From positions 12,030,001 through 12,094,000 of the forward strand of contig NC_086101.1 in assembly GCF_963921235.1 (NCBI RefSeq): 64,000 bases of DNA, given 5' to 3'. This document shows positions 22,901 through 37,900 of the stretch, piece after piece; positions within the stretch are counted from its first letter, which is position 1, and each line of letters begins with the position of its first letter. The notes beneath the pieces were generated by a model. It searched no databases, was not told the origin of the DNA, and saw only the letters and a program-made list of their open reading frames with translations. The position numbers were made by a program, and so were the translations under genes. Origin of the DNA: Mobula hypostoma. Its lineage: Eukaryota.

Positions 22901-25900
22901 TAGGGTCAGAGAATGTTGAATCTTTGTGGGTGGAATTAAGAAACTGCAAGGGTAAAAAAACCATTATGGGGATCATATATATAGTAGCCAAAATGTGGGG
23001 TTGAGGTTGCAAAGGGGGCTGGAAAGGGCATGTAATAAGGGTAATGTCACAACTGTAATGGACTTCAGTATGGAAGGGGATTGGGAATATCGGGTTGGCG
23101 TAGGATTGCAAGAGGGGGAATTTGTTGAATGCCTACAAGATGGGTTTTTAGAGCAGCTTGTGTTCAAGCCTACTAGGGGAAAGGCTATCTTAGATTGGGT
23201 GTTGTGTAATAACCCAGATTGTATTAGTTAGCTTAATATAAAGGAACCCTTAGGAGGCAGTGATCATAATATGATTGAATTCATGCTGCAGTTTGAGAGA
23301 GAGGAGCATTAGTCAGACGTATCAGTATCACAATGGAATAGAGGGAATTACAGAGGTATGAGAGAGGAGCTTGCCCAGGTGGATTGGAGGGGGATACTGG
23401 CAGGGATGCTGGCAGAACAGAGGTGGCTGAAATTTCTGGGAATAGTTCACAAGATGCAGGATAGATCTGTCCCACAGAAGAAATTGTTCTCAAACTGCCG
23501 GGCTAGGCAACCGTGGCCAACAAGGGAAGTTAAGGACTGCATAAAAGCCAAGGAAAGGGCATATCAGGTTGCAAAAGTGAGTGGGAAGTTGGATGATTGG
23601 GATGTTTTTAAAATCTAACAAAAGACAACTAAAAAAGCTGTAAGAAGGGAAAAGATGAAATATGAGGGCAAACTAGCTGATAATATAAAGCAGGATACTG
23701 AAAGTTTTTTCTGTTATATAAAGAATAAAAGGAAGGTGAAAGTTGATATTGGACCACTGGAAAATGATGCTGGTGAGGTAGTAATGGAGGACAAAGAAAT
23801 GGCAAATTTTGCTGAAGACTTTGTTCAGTCTTTACTGTGGAAGACACTGGCTGTATGCTAGAGATCCGCGAATGTCAGGGAGCAGGAGCGAGTGACATTG
23901 CTACTGAAAAAGTGCTAGGCAAACTGAAAAATCTTAAGGTGGATAGGTCACCTGAAACAGATAGGCTACATTCCAAAGTCCTGAAAGAGGTTGCTGAAGA
24001 GATAACGGATGCAAGAATTACTTGATTCTGGCATGGTCCTGGAGGACTGGAAAATTGGAAATGTCATTCCACTCTTTAAGAAGGAAGGAAGATGAAAGAG
24101 AAGAGGTTATAGGTCAGTTATCCTACCCTCAGTTGTTGGGAAAGTGTTAGAGTCCACTTGTCAACAATTTAGGGCCCTTATCTCAGAAAGGATATGCAGG
24201 CAGCCCCCGAGTTATGAACGTCCGACTTATGTACGGCCTGCCATAAAGCCTATTATATTAAAAATTCGTTGGCTCGAGGAAGGAGAACGCTGTCCGCCAT
24301 TTTAAGTCCAATCACGTTGCTGTTAACACTGTGTTGAGTGTGTTACTTTGTATTTGGCTTAAATTTTTCTTAGCAAAATTCACTCTGACCCCCCCGCCCC
24401 CACTTTTCCAGTCAGCACCGCCGCCACTTGTCCCATTTAACCTGTCTCTGTGCAGGTGGACTTTAGGACCCGCCGCCCGCGGCTACTGCTGAATCCGCAG
24501 TGTCTCTGGTCCATTGGTGGAAAACGATCATGATTGAAAATAAAGTGGAAAAAATAAGGCGATCGGAAAGAGGTGAAACGCCATTGGTGATTGGAAAAGC
24601 GTTAGGCTACAGTCGGTCAACAATTGGAACAATTTTAAAGGATAAAGTGAGAATAATGGAGCATGTGAAAGGCCCTGCCCCACAGTGGTTTAATTATTGA
24701 AATACATATGTTTCTATGTGTTTTATATGCATAGAAAGGTAAAATATATACTATATACTAAGACAAACGTTTCACTAACTGATGCTAAATAATACTGAAT
24801 GTACCTGTTCTGACTTGCGTTCAAATCTGACTTAAAGACGGACTTAGGAACGGAACTGGTTCGTAACCCCGGGACTGCCTGTATTGTCAATGGAGAGAGC
24901 TCAGAGGAGGTTCGTGAGAACGATTCCAGGAACGAAGGGGTTAACATATGAGGAATGTTTAGTAGCTTTGGGCCTGTACTCACTGGAATGTAGAAGAATG
25001 CAGGAGGAGCTCATTGAAATCTACAGAATATTGAAAGCACTAGATAAGGTGGGTATACAGAGGATGTTTTCTCTGGTGGGGGTATCCGGAACTGGAGGAC
25101 ACAGCCTCAAAATTGAGGGATACACATAAAAGTTGCTGGTGAACACAGCAGGCCAGGCAGCATCTCTAGGAAGAGGTACAGTCGACGTTTCGGGCCGAGA
25201 CCCTTCGTCAGGACTAACTGAAGGAAGAGCTAGTAAGAGATTTGAAAGTGGGAGGGGGAGGGGGAGATTCGAAATGATAGGAGAAGACAGGAGGGGAGGA
25301 ATGGAGTCAAGAGCTGGACAGGTGATTGGCAAAAGGGATATGAGAGGATCATGGGACAGGAGGCCTAGGGAGAAAGAAAAGGGCAGGGGGAAACTAGAGG
25401 ATGGGCATGAGGGGCTCAATTTTGAGAACAGAGGTAAGGAGGGATTTTTTTAGCCAGAGTGGTGAATCTGGAATACTCTGCCATGGACTGTGATGGAGGC
25501 CAACTCCGTGGGTATGTTCAAAGTGGAAGTTGATAAATTCCTGACTGGTTGGGGCATCAAGGGATATGGTGAGAGGACAAATGTGTGGGTTTGAATGGGA
25601 TCTGGGATCAGCCATGAGGAAATGGTGGAGCAGACTCGATGGGCTGAATGGCCTAATTCTGCTCCTGTGTCTTATGGTCTTGTGTACTGCTACTTATCAC
25701 TTTGAACTATTACGTTCATGTGGAGGAAGAATGACAATGGAGTGGTAGGATTAAATATTTTTACCAAGTCATGTTAGCCACTGTACATACTGGGACAGGG
25801 TACGGTATACACTTAAATCAGCTGGTCTGAGGGTTGACCGATTTAAGCGTGGACCTGAATTGGAAAGATTGGGCATTGTCCAAATTGAGGTGGCAAGAGC

Positions 25901-28900
25901 GCGGCCTGATTCTGTATCAAAGTGGCAGTGAGGAATGACCCAAGGTTTGACGGATTTAAGCACCGGGCCGGATTGAAAAGGTCAGTGTGTCAGGGTTAGA
26001 GGCGAGGGCCGGGATGGTGCTCAGCTCACTGCTCTACAAGGTTTACCCGTCTCTGTGATGAACTGAGACTGGTCTGAACTAACAGGCTCCTGGATGGGCT
26101 GCAGTAATGACCGGCTTCGTGGCGGTGAACTTACTTTTGGGAACTTCAGTTCTGAATGTCTGTTTACCTTTATTGTTTTCGTAATTTGTCTTTTTTGCCT
26201 GTACATTGGTTTTTTTTTTAGTGGGTTCTTTGGGTTTCTTTGTTTTGTGGTGCTTGTAAGGAGACAAATCTCAAGTTGTATGTGGTATACATACTGTAAT
26301 AATAAATATACTTTGAAAGTCGTAGTGCTGGAAAAATGAACCGGGCCCACCGAGACCAAAACATGCGCCATTGAAAGCCCACATGAAAAGAGTGAGCCCC
26401 CATGCATAGGAGGCCCAATTGATTACCAAGTGATCGATCAGCCACATGCACACTTACCACATCCTTCCAGTCAATCCAATATGGTTCATGAACCACGTGG
26501 ACAGGTGTTATATTTATTATCTGTAAAATAATGAAAGGGTGACACGGGGTGTGGTTTAATACAGATAAGATCATAAGACATCGGAGCAGGATTAGGCCGT
26601 TCAGCCCATCAAGGCTTCTCTGCCATCCCATCATGGCTGATCCCGGATCCCACCCAACCCCATACACCTGCCTTCTCGCCATATCCCTTGATGCCCTGAC
26701 TGATCTGGACACTATCAACTTCAGCTTAAAAATTGCAATGAACTTGGCCTCCACCGCAATTTATGGCAGAGCATTCCACAGATTCATTACTATCTGGCTA
26801 AAGAAAAAAATCCTCCTTACCTCTATTCTAAAAGGTTGGCCCTCAGTTTTGAGGCTGTGCCCTCTAATTTTGGATACCTCCACCATAGGAAACATCCTCA
26901 CCATATGCAACTTATCTAGTCCTTTCAACATTCGATAGGTTTCAGTGACGTCCCCATCCATTCTTCTAAATTCTATTGGGTACAGGCCCAAAGCTGCCAA
27001 ACGTTTAACCATATAACAATTACAGCACAGAAACAGGCCATCTCAGCCCTTCTAGTCCATGCCGAACTCTTACTCTCACCTAGTCCCACCGACCTGCACT
27101 CAGCCCATAACCCTCCATTCCTTTCCTGCTTCTCATATGTTAACTGCTTCATTCCCAGAATCATCCTCATGAACCTCCTCTGGACTCTCTCCAATGACAA
27201 CATATCCTTTCTGAGACATAGGGCCCAAAACTGTTGGCAATACTCAAATGTACCCTGACTTGTGTCTTAATTATAAAGCTTCAGCATTATCGCCTTGTTT
27301 TTATATTCTATTCCCCTTGAAATAAATGGCAACATTGCATTTGCCTTCTTTACCACAGACTCGACCTGTAAGTTAACCTTCTGGGAGTCTTCCACGAGGA
27401 CTCCTAAGTCCCTCTGCACCTCTGATGTTTGAATTTTCTCCCCATTTAGGTAATAGTCTGCACTATTATTCCTTCTACCAAAATGCAGTGTCATACATTT
27501 CTCAAAACTGTATTCCATCTGCCATTTTTTTGCCCATTCTTCCAATTTGTTTAGGTCCTGCTGCAATTTCATTGCTTCCTCAACACTACCTACCCCTCTA
27601 CCTGTCTTCATATGATACCCAAATTTTGTCCCAAAGCCATCAATTTCATTATCTAAATCATTGGCTAAGAATGTGAAAAGTAGCAGTCCCAATACTGACC
27701 CCTGAGGAACACCACTAGTCACTGGCAGCCAACCAGAAAAGACACCTTTTATTCCCACTTGCTGCCTCCTGCCTGTCAGCCATTCCTCTATTCATGCCAG
27801 TATCTTTCCTGTAATGCCATAGAATTTTATCTTGTTTAGCAGCCTCGTGTGTCACTTTATCAAATGCCTTCTGAAAATCCAAGTAAATGGCATCCACTGC
27901 TTCTTCTTTGTCCACCCTGCTTGTTACTTCCTCGAAGAACTGTAGCAGATTTGTCAGGAAAGATTTCCCTTTGCAGAAACCATGCTGACTTTGACTTATT
28001 TTATTATTCGTCTTCAAGTACCCCGAAACCTCATCCTTAATAATAGACTCAAACACTTTCTCAACCACTGAGATTAGTCTATAATTTCCTTTCTTTTGCC
28101 TTCTCCCCTTCTTAAAGAGTGGAGAAACATTTGCAATTTTGCGGTACTCTGGGACGAAGTGGATCAAGTGATATTCCGCATCCAGTTAGGTTTCTGCTGT
28201 CCCACCTGATGAGGACTTACCAATCAGGAGGGATGGACGAAGGGGTAGAAATACCGCTGGACTAGACATGCCCAGGCATCACCCCTGATGAACACAGCGG
28301 AGTCTGTCATTGAAATGTCAATTAAAATTGATACCTGTACCCAGCTGGAATCCCAAGAAGAGTTTATTCGTCATCCTCGCCGGAAAAGCACTAGATCCTT
28401 TTCCAGCTGCACTCAGTTTCGTTTTTAAAAGTGGCTGAGATTTTCCTTTCGCTTTGCTGTGACATGCACACCATTCAGCTGGAGTATAATTAATACAGTC
28501 ACGCGAGTGATCTGTACCTCTCCTATCCATTTTTCATGAGGTCTGTGTGCTGGAAAGGCAATGGAACAAGAGATCCTTTTATGTGGGCAACACACACAAA
28601 AAGCTGCAGGAACTCAGCGAGTCAGGCAACATCTGTGAATGGGAATAAAGAGTTGACGTTTTGGACAGAGATCCTTCATCAGCACTGGAAAGGAAGGTGT
28701 GGTGGGCAGGAGTGGGGGGGCATTGAGGAACTCAGCAAGTCAGACGGCACCCTCAAGTATTTTGTGATGTTGCTTAAGATTCTCAGCATCTGCAGAATCT
28801 CTTATGTTTTGTTTTGGCAGTACCAAGGCAACTGACACAGCTTTGTTTCAAGGTGACCAGTAACCAGTGGCTAAGATGGAAAATACTACATTCTTTCCTG

Positions 28901-31900
28901 TTTACTTTTAATGCATGCATGTCGAATCAGTAAAGTTTGTTAGGTCAGTGTCTATAAAGGCTTAATTTATTTTCCTTTATTTAATGATTGTGTGTTTGTT
29001 ACTTTTCCTCCAGGCGCCCCTACTTCTGCTTCCGATCGTGGGAAAGAACTCAGTCAGGGAGAAGGTAAGTTAGAGAGGTGCAAGGGACTGGACAGTGACA
29101 TAGTGGAGGGGTGGTAGCCTATATTGGAGAGTATTAGCTGTTAGGTCAGGAAAGGATGGACAAACCTGGAAAGTTTTCTGTGGAGCATTAGATGCTGAGA
29201 GATCTGATCTCTCAAAATTAAAATGATAAAGTAAATGAAATTACAAGGAGCATGAATAGGATAGAGTCAGTTTGTATTTGCACTTGACACTTGAACAAGC
29301 AGGGAATGAATCAGAGTCAGGTTTATTGTAACGGACATACGGCATGAAATTGTAGTTTCATGCCAGCAGTATACTACAATACATAAAAAGCTTCTGTAGG
29401 TTTATGGAATATAAAAAGCGCAAAAAAGGTGAGTGTTCATGGACTGTTCAGGAATCTGATAGCGGAAGGGAAGAGGTTGTTTTAAAAACTTTGTGAGTCT
29501 TCAGGCTCCTGTACCTACTCCCTGATGAGAAGAGGGCGGGTCCTGGTTGGTGAGAGTCCTTATTAGTGGATGCTGCCTCTTTGAGGCACCACCCCCCTGA
29601 ATTTGGTTCAGATCAATGCAGGCAATGGGATTAGTTCAAATCAATGTGATGATCTGCACAGATAGGATGGGCCGAATGGCCTGTTCTTGTGCTGAACTTG
29701 TAGATGTTGGATGCCTTGGAGCACAGCAGGATCCCATAGAATGCAGTTGCTATTGACCTGTGTTTCAAGTGTAACTGGTTACAGGGATAAAAGTTGGCAC
29801 CTCACCTGATTTCTGGATTGTTGAGATCTTTTCTGGGGAAGGTATGGCCTGCACAAAAAGGACAGGTTACACCTGAAACTAAGGGGACCAATAGCCTTGT
29901 GGGCAGGTTTGCTAGAGCTGTTGGGCAGGGTATAAACTAACTTGCCATGGGGATGGAACAGGAATGTTAGGGCCGTAGATGGGGCAATTGGTATACAAGC
30001 AGGTGCTGTGTGTAGTGAGACTGTGAGGAAGGACAGGCAGATGATAGGGCAGAATTGCAGTTGGTGAGATGAGTTGAAGTGTAACATGGGAGCAAAATCG
30101 AAAAGGGTGATGATTACCGGACTGAAGGTGTTATTGTTGAATGCGCACAGTTTATGGAATAAGGTAGATCATCTTGTAGTGTAAGTAGAGATTGGCAGAT
30201 ATGATGTCGTGGGCATCACTGAGTCGTGGCTGAAAAATCATAATTGGGAGCTTAGCATCCAAGGATGTGCATTGTATCGAAAGGACAGGCAGGTAGGTGG
30301 AGAGGACAGGGTAACAACTGATATCAAATCCCTAGAAAGAGGTGGCTGGATCGGAAGATGTAGAATCCTTATGGCTAGAGTTAAGAAACTATAAGTGTGA
30401 AAAGATCCTGATGTGAGTTATATATAGCCCTCTGAACAGTAGCCAGGGATACAAATTACAATGTGAGATAGAAAAGGTGTGTGGAACAGGACAAGGTTAC
30501 AATAGTGACAATTTGAATACGAAGATAGATTGGGAAAATCATGTTGGTGTTGGATTCCAAGAGAGGGAATTTATAGAATGCAGTCAAGATAGCTTTTTAG
30601 AGTAGCTTGTGGTTGAGCTTACTGGGGGAAAGGCAATTCTGGATTGGGTGCTGTGTGATGAACCAGATTTGATTAGGAGCTGAAGGTAAAGGAACCCTTA
30701 AGAGACAACGATCATGATATGTTAGAATTCACCCTGCAGTTTGAGAAGGAGAAACTAAAGTCAGATGTATCAGTATTACAGCGGAGTAAGGGGAATTACA
30801 TAGGCTTGAGAGAGCTGGCTAAAGCTGGTCGGAAGAGGAAATTAGCAGGGATGATAGCAGAACAGCAATCAGAGCAATTTAGCGGGTGCAGGATAGATAC
30901 GTATTAAAAATGAAGAAGTATTCTAAAGGGAGGATGAAGCAGCCGTGGCTGACGGGGAAGTTGAAGACAGTATAAAAGCAAACAAGAGGGCATATAATAT
31001 AGGAAAAAATAGTGGGAAGTTAGAGGATTTTAAAAACCAATAGAAGGCACCTAAAAAGAAGCCATAAGGAGAGAAGAGAGTAAGAGAGGCAAGAGTGTAT
31101 GTTGGACTGCTGTAAACTAGCACTGGAGAAATAGTAATGGGGAACAAAGGCAGTGGAACTTAATTACTTTGGGTCGGTATTCACTGTGGAAATCACAAGC
31201 AGTATGCCAGAAGTTTGAGTGTTTCAGGGGCAGAAGTAAGTGTAGTTGCTATTCCTAAGGAGAAGTTGCTTGGGAATCTGATAAAAGGTCTGAAGGTCGT
31301 TGAATCGTGTGTATCAGATGACTACAGCGCTGAAGTGTTGTCACCTTCTGAAGAGGTAACTGAGGAGATTGTGGAGGCATTAGTTCTAATCTATCAAGAA
31401 TCACTGAATCTGGAATGTTCCCAGAGGAGTGGAAAATTGCAAATATCACTCAACTCTTTCAGAAGGGAGGAAGGCAGAAGAAAAGAAATTATATGCCAGT
31501 TAGCCTGACTTCAGTGGTTGGGAAGATGTTGAAGTCCGTTATTAAGGATGATGTTTTGGGGTACTTGGAGACACCTGATAAAATAGTATGCATGGTTTCC
31601 TTAAGGGAAAATCTTGCCTGACAAACATTGGAATCCTTTGAGGAAACAGCGGGCAAAGTAGACAAAGGAGAATTGATGGATATTGTGCACTTGGATTTTC
31701 AGAAACCCTTGACAAGGTGATGTACATGAAGCTCATAACAAGATAAGAACCCATGGTATTACAGGAAAGATACTGGCGTGGTTAGAAGATCCATGCAACT
31801 TCACTGGGTGTCACAGTAACATAGCAGTTAACAGGACAATATGACAACTCGGAGCATCAGAGTTCAGTTCTGGCGTCCTCTGTAAGGAGTCTCGTATGCC

Positions 31901-34900
31901 CTTCCTGTGAAATGCATGGGAAAACCCACAAATTTCACAGGAAGAATATACAGGGATTCTATATGGAGGTTACCCGACCCAGTTCATCTTTGGACTGTGG
32001 GAGGTGCTTCATTTTCCAAAGGTGTAGTGGGTAAGTTAACTGGTCATTGTAAATTGTCCCCTCATTAGGTTATGGTTAACTCGGGGCTGTGAGATGGTGT
32101 GGCTCGAAGGACCCAAATGTCTTTTCCCGTACTGGATCTCTAAATAAGTTAATAAAAATAAAGTTTGATGACTGGCAAGAGGCAGAGTAGAAATAGAGGG
32201 GGCCTTTGCTGGTTGGCCACCAGTGACTAGTGCTACTCTGCAGGGGTCGGTGCTGGGACTGCTGCTTGTCATGTTGTATGTTAATAATTTGAGTGATGGA
32301 TTTGATGGCTTTGTGGCCAAGTTTGCTGATGATACGAAGATAGCTGGAGGGACAGGTAGTTTTGAGGAAGCAAGGAGTCTGGAAGGACTTAGATAGATTG
32401 AGAAAATGGGCAAAGAAGTGGCCGATGGAACATAGTGTAGGGAAGTTGTGGTCATGCACTTTGGTAGAAGGAATAATGGCATAGACTATTTTCTAAATGG
32501 GGAGAAAATTCAAAAATCAGGTGTAAGGGACTTGGGAGTCATCGTGCAGGATTTCATAAAGAAGGATTTGTAGTTTGAGTCGGTGGTAAGGAAGGTAAAT
32601 GTAATGTTGGCATTTACTTTGAGAGGATTAGAATATGAGATAGAAGATGTGATGCTCAGCCTTCATAAGGCATTGGTCAGACCGCACTTGGAGTACTGTG
32701 AGCAGTTCTCGGCCCCTTATCTAAGAAAAGATGTGTTGGCATTGGAGAGGGTCCTGAGGAGGTTTATGAGAATGATTCTTGGATTGGGTGAGGATGATTC
32801 TATGAGGAGTGTTTAATGGCTCTGGGCCTGTACTCTCTGGAGTTTAGAAGAATGAAGGGTGGATCTCATTGAAACCCTCAGAATAGAGTGATGTCCATTT
32901 ACAAAAGAGATGAGGAGGAATTTCTTTAGCCAGTGGGTGTTTCATCTGTGGAATTCATTGCCACAGACAGCTGTGGAAGCCAAGTCATTGAGTATAATTA
33001 AAGAGGAAATTAACAGGTTCTTGAGTAGTCAGGATGTCAATGGTTACGGGCAGAAGGCAGGAGAATGGGATTGAGAGGGATAATAAATCAGCCATGATGG
33101 AATGGTAGAGCAAGCTTATGAGTCGATTAGCCAAATTCTGCTCCTATGCCTTGTGGCCTACACTGGGTGGGTTCTCTGCCGGCTTGGTTGTGGCACAGTT
33201 CCCAGCACCGTGACCTGTCTCTGAACCGCAGCTCAGGCACTTCTAAGTGTTCCACAGAGTGGGCCGGCTGCGAGTGTGCAGGGAGAGTACTGGCTGGGGT
33301 GCAACTCGCAAAGGATAGCACGGTAGTCACCTTGATCCACTGACTGTGAGTAGCCTGGTAAATGTGCACCTTTCATTGACTTTCACAATGGACAGAGCCC
33401 AGTCACATACTGTCTTCAAAACAATGCTGGAGGAACTCATCAAGTTGGACAGCATCTGGGAAAGAAAACAATCAGTCCAGATGAAGGATCTGTACCCTCT
33501 GTCAATGCTGCCTGACCCAGTGAGTTTATTGTCATGTGCAGAAGTGTAGTGAGGTGCGGCTACACTGACAGAACTTGCAGCAGTTTTGCAGGCACGTGGC
33601 TTCGGAGAACACGCAGAACATCAGCTTATGCATGAGTTGTATAAGATAATGAGTGGGCAAAAAAGACATGGTACTGAGGAGGTACTGGATTGCCCGGGGG
33701 GGAGAGAGAGTTTAAATGAAGCAAGCGGGGCAGTCAGCCCATTTTGTGCTCCACAGTGCAAAGGTGAAATTGGACTGCCTGGAGGGAGAGAGTTTAAATG
33801 AAGTTAGCGGGTCAGTCAGCACATTTTGTGCTGCACAGTGTCAAGGAGAAATTGGATTGTGCGTAATTGCACGTGGCAAGGAGCAATAATAAAATTGTGT
33901 AAGTGGGCCAGTGTTAGAATAGGGAGATAAGCTTTGCTCTATCGAGACTTTGGCGAGGAGAAATTAGACTGTACATAGATTTTTTTGTTGTTATTTATTC
34001 TTTCGTCGTTTCTTATTGCACCTTTAGAGCAAAGGGGATGCCAGACAGGATACTAGAATGCTCCTCTTGTGGGATGTAAGTAGGTAGGGAGACCTCCAGT
34101 GTCCCTGATGACTACACCTGCAAGAAGTGCATCCAGCTACAGCTTCTAACAGATTGTGTGAAGGAGTTGGGTTTGGAACTGGGTGAACTCTGGACATTTG
34201 GAAAGCTGAGGGGTTGATAGACATGATATACATGGAGGTAGTTACACCCAAGGTGTAGGACATAGGTAACTTAGTGACTGTCAAGAGGGGAAAAGGAAAG
34301 TGCAAAGTACCCCTGAAGCCTATTGTTCCCCTTAACAACAGATATACTACTTTGGATACTGTTGGGAATAACCAAGCAGAGGAAAGCCACACGGTCATCT
34401 CTCTGGCACTGAGTCTGGTTTATGGCTCAGAAGGAAAGGTGGGGGAGAGGAAGTGAGGTATAGTGACGGGATTCGTTGGTTAGGGGAACAGAGTGGAGGT
34501 GCTGTGAACTTGATCGACATCTCGTATTGAGGCCACAGCATTCTTAGTGGGAGAGTGAGACCCAGAGGTCGTGGTCCGTGTTGGTCCAATGGCGAGGGGT
34601 TAGGAGTTCCTACAAAGTTGAGTTCAGGGAATTAATGGACAGGACCTACAAGGTTGTGATCTCGGGATTGTTACCCATGCCACATGCTAATGAGGCCAGA
34701 AGTAGGAAGATTCGACAGTTTAATGTGTGGCTAAGGAGATGGTGCACTTGAAAGCTCAAAGTAATTTTATTATCAAAGTACTTGTATGTCTTTGTATACA
34801 ACCCTGAAATTAACTTTCCAATAAATCCAATAATCATATTAGAATCAATGAAAGATCACGCCATCTGAGTGTAGAACCAATGTGCAGAATACTACAAACT

Positions 34901-37900
34901 GTGAAGTACAAAAAGAAGGAAATAATAATAAATAAATAAGCAATAAATATCAAGAACATGAGATGTAGAGTCCTTGAAAGGGAGTCCATAAGTTGAGGGA
35001 AGAGTTCAGTGATGGAGCAAGTGAAGTTATCCCTTTTAGTTCAAGAGCCTGATAACTGAGGGATAATAACTGTTCCTGAACCTGGTGATGTGGGTCCTGA
35101 GGCTCTTGTACTTTCTTCCTGATGACAGCAGCGAGAAGAGAGACTGACCTGGATTGTGTGGTTTGCTGATGATGGATGCTGCTTTCCTGTGACAGTGCAG
35201 GAGGGAGGGCTTCAGATCTGGATCATTGGGCTGTCTTGCAGGGAAACAGGGACCTGTTCAAACAGGGTCGTTTGCAACTGAACTGCAGGGGGACTAATAT
35301 CCTTGCAGGAAGGTTTGCTAGTGCTGCATCGAGTGGGGGGGGGGGCTGTGTTTAAACTGCAGTTATAGGAGAGGATGGGAATCAGAGTACCAGGGCAGAT
35401 AATGGTGAGGTTGTGGAGAAAGATGTTGTCAAGCCTACATAGAAAGTCAGGAACCAAAAGGTTGAGCACGGTGGGACTAATGTTCTGAGCTGCATGTATT
35501 TTAGCTTAGGGCTTGGATCAACACGTGGAATTATGACATTATAGCTATTAGTCAGACTTAGTTGCAGGAGGGTTAGGATTCTAAGGTTCTGTTGTCTTAG
35601 ATGTGATAGAACACGAGGGATCAAAGGGTGGGGTGTGGTGTTACTAGATAGGGAAAATGTCACGGCATTGCTCTGTCAGGATAGATTGGAGAACTCATCT
35701 GGTGAGCTGTTATGGGTGGAACCAAGAAATTAGAAAGGTATGACAACATTTATATTGTTATCCACCCACCTGTCTGTGGGAGTTCAGATAAGCAAATTTG
35801 AAGAAAGATTACAGACTGTTTCAAGAAACAAGGTAAAACAAGGTTGTTACAGTAGGTGATTTTAACTTTCCACAAATTGACGAGGACTCCCACTCTGTAA
35901 AAGAGCTGGGTGGAAAAGTTTCCTCTGTCAATACATAGAAGTCCCAACTAGAGGGAGTACATTAGCAGATCTCCTATTAGGGAATGAGACAGGCAGGTGA
36001 CAGAAGTTTGTATAGGGGAAAACTCTGCATCTAGTGATCATAATGCTATTAGTTTCAACATATTTATGGAAAAGGTCTGGTCCTCAAGCTGAGATCCTAA
36101 ATTGGAGAAAGGTAATTGTGATGGTATCAGAAAGGATCTGGCAAGTGTGGATTGGGACAGGCTTTTTTCTGGCAAAAGTGTACTTAGTAAGGTGTACTTG
36201 GCCTTCAGAAGTGAAAATTTGAGAGTACAGGGTTTGTATATGATGTCAGAATAAAACACAAAGATAAAAGTTTCAGGGAAACAGGTTTCTAGAGATATTG
36301 AGGCCCTGGTTAAGGAAAAGAATGAGGTGCAAACACATAAAGACAAGCAGGAACAAATGAGTATACGAAATGTAAGAGAACAGTTAAGAAGGAAATCAGG
36401 ATGGCTGAAGGGAGGCATGAGGTTGCCCTAGCAGATAAAGTGAAGGAGAATCGTAAGGGCATCTACAGATGTAAGAAGAGCCAAAGGATAGCAATTTGTC
36501 CTCTGGAAGATCAGAATGGTAATCTACGCGTGGAGCCAAAAGAGATGGGGGGGGGGAATCGTAAATGGATTTTTTTGCATCTATATTTTACTCAGGAGAT
36601 AGGAACAGAGTCTGTAGATGTGAGGCAATGTAGCAGCAAGTCATGGACCCTGGACAGATTACAGAGGAGGAGGTGTTGGCAGTCTTGAGGCAAATTAGGG
36701 CGGATGGTTCCCTCACACCCTGTAGGAGGCTATCACAGAAACTGCAGGGGCCGCAGCAGAGATATTTAAATTGTTCTGGGCCATGGATGAGGTGCTGGAG
36801 GATTGGAGGATAGCTAATGTTGTTCCACTGTTCAAGAAAAGCTGTAAGGAAAAGCCAGGAAATTATAGGCTGGTGAGCCTGACATCACTGGTGGGAAAGT
36901 TACTGGAATGTTTTTCTAAGGGACCAGATATATAATTATTTGGACAGACAGGGACTGATTAGGTATAGTCAACATGACTTTGTGCATGATAAGTTGTGTC
37001 TAACCAATCTTATAGATTTTTTTGGGGAAGTTACCAGGACGTTGATGAAGGCAAGGCAATGGATGTTGTCTACATCGACTTTAGCAAGGCATTTGACAAG
37101 ATTGGTCAAGAAGGTTCAGTTGCTCTGCATTCAACATGAGGTAGTCAATTGGATTAGATACTGGCTTTGCCGGAGAAGCCAGAGAATGGTAGTAGATGGT
37201 TAACTGTCTGACTGGAGGCCTGTGAATAATGGAGTGCCACAGGGATCAGTGCTGCGTCCCTTCATGTTCATCATCTTATCAATGATCTGGGTGATAATGT
37301 GCTTAACTGGAGCAACAAATTTGGGGATGACACCAAGATTGGGAGGTTGGGATTGGGGGTAGGGGGTAGTGGATAGTGAGGAATAGTATTAAAGCTTGCT
37401 GCGGGATCTGCGGGACAAACTGGTGAAATGGTCTGGAAAATGGTAGACCAATGTGAAGTAGTGCACTTCTGAAGGACAAACCAGGGTTGGTCTTACACGG
37501 TGAGTGATAGGGTGCTGAGGAGTGTGATAGAACAGAGACATCTGGGAATACAGATCCATAATTCCTTGAAAGTCGTGTCAGATGTAGAAAGGCTTGTAAA
37601 GAAAGCTTTTGGCACATTGGCCGCCTTAAATCAATGTACTGAGTACGGGAGATGGGATGTTATGTTGAAATTTTATGAAGTGTTGGTGAGACCTAATTTA
37701 GAATATCGTGTACAGTTTTTGTCACCTAACTACAGGAAATGCATAAATAAGATTGAAAGTGTGCAGAGAAAATTTACGAGGATATTTCCGGGACTTGAGG
37801 ACCTAATTTATAGGGAAAGGTTGGATAGGTTAGAATTTTATTCACTAGAATGTAGAGTATTGATGGGAAATTTGATAGAAGTATACAAAATTATGAAAGG

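Larger units (their letters stand above)
22640..25682 (+). mobile_element. Degenerate CR1 with an internal deletion, hosting Tigger and Penelope fragments
   Basis: [22 protein letters not shown] and IGPLEN, then a 3' end. Confidence 0.85.
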
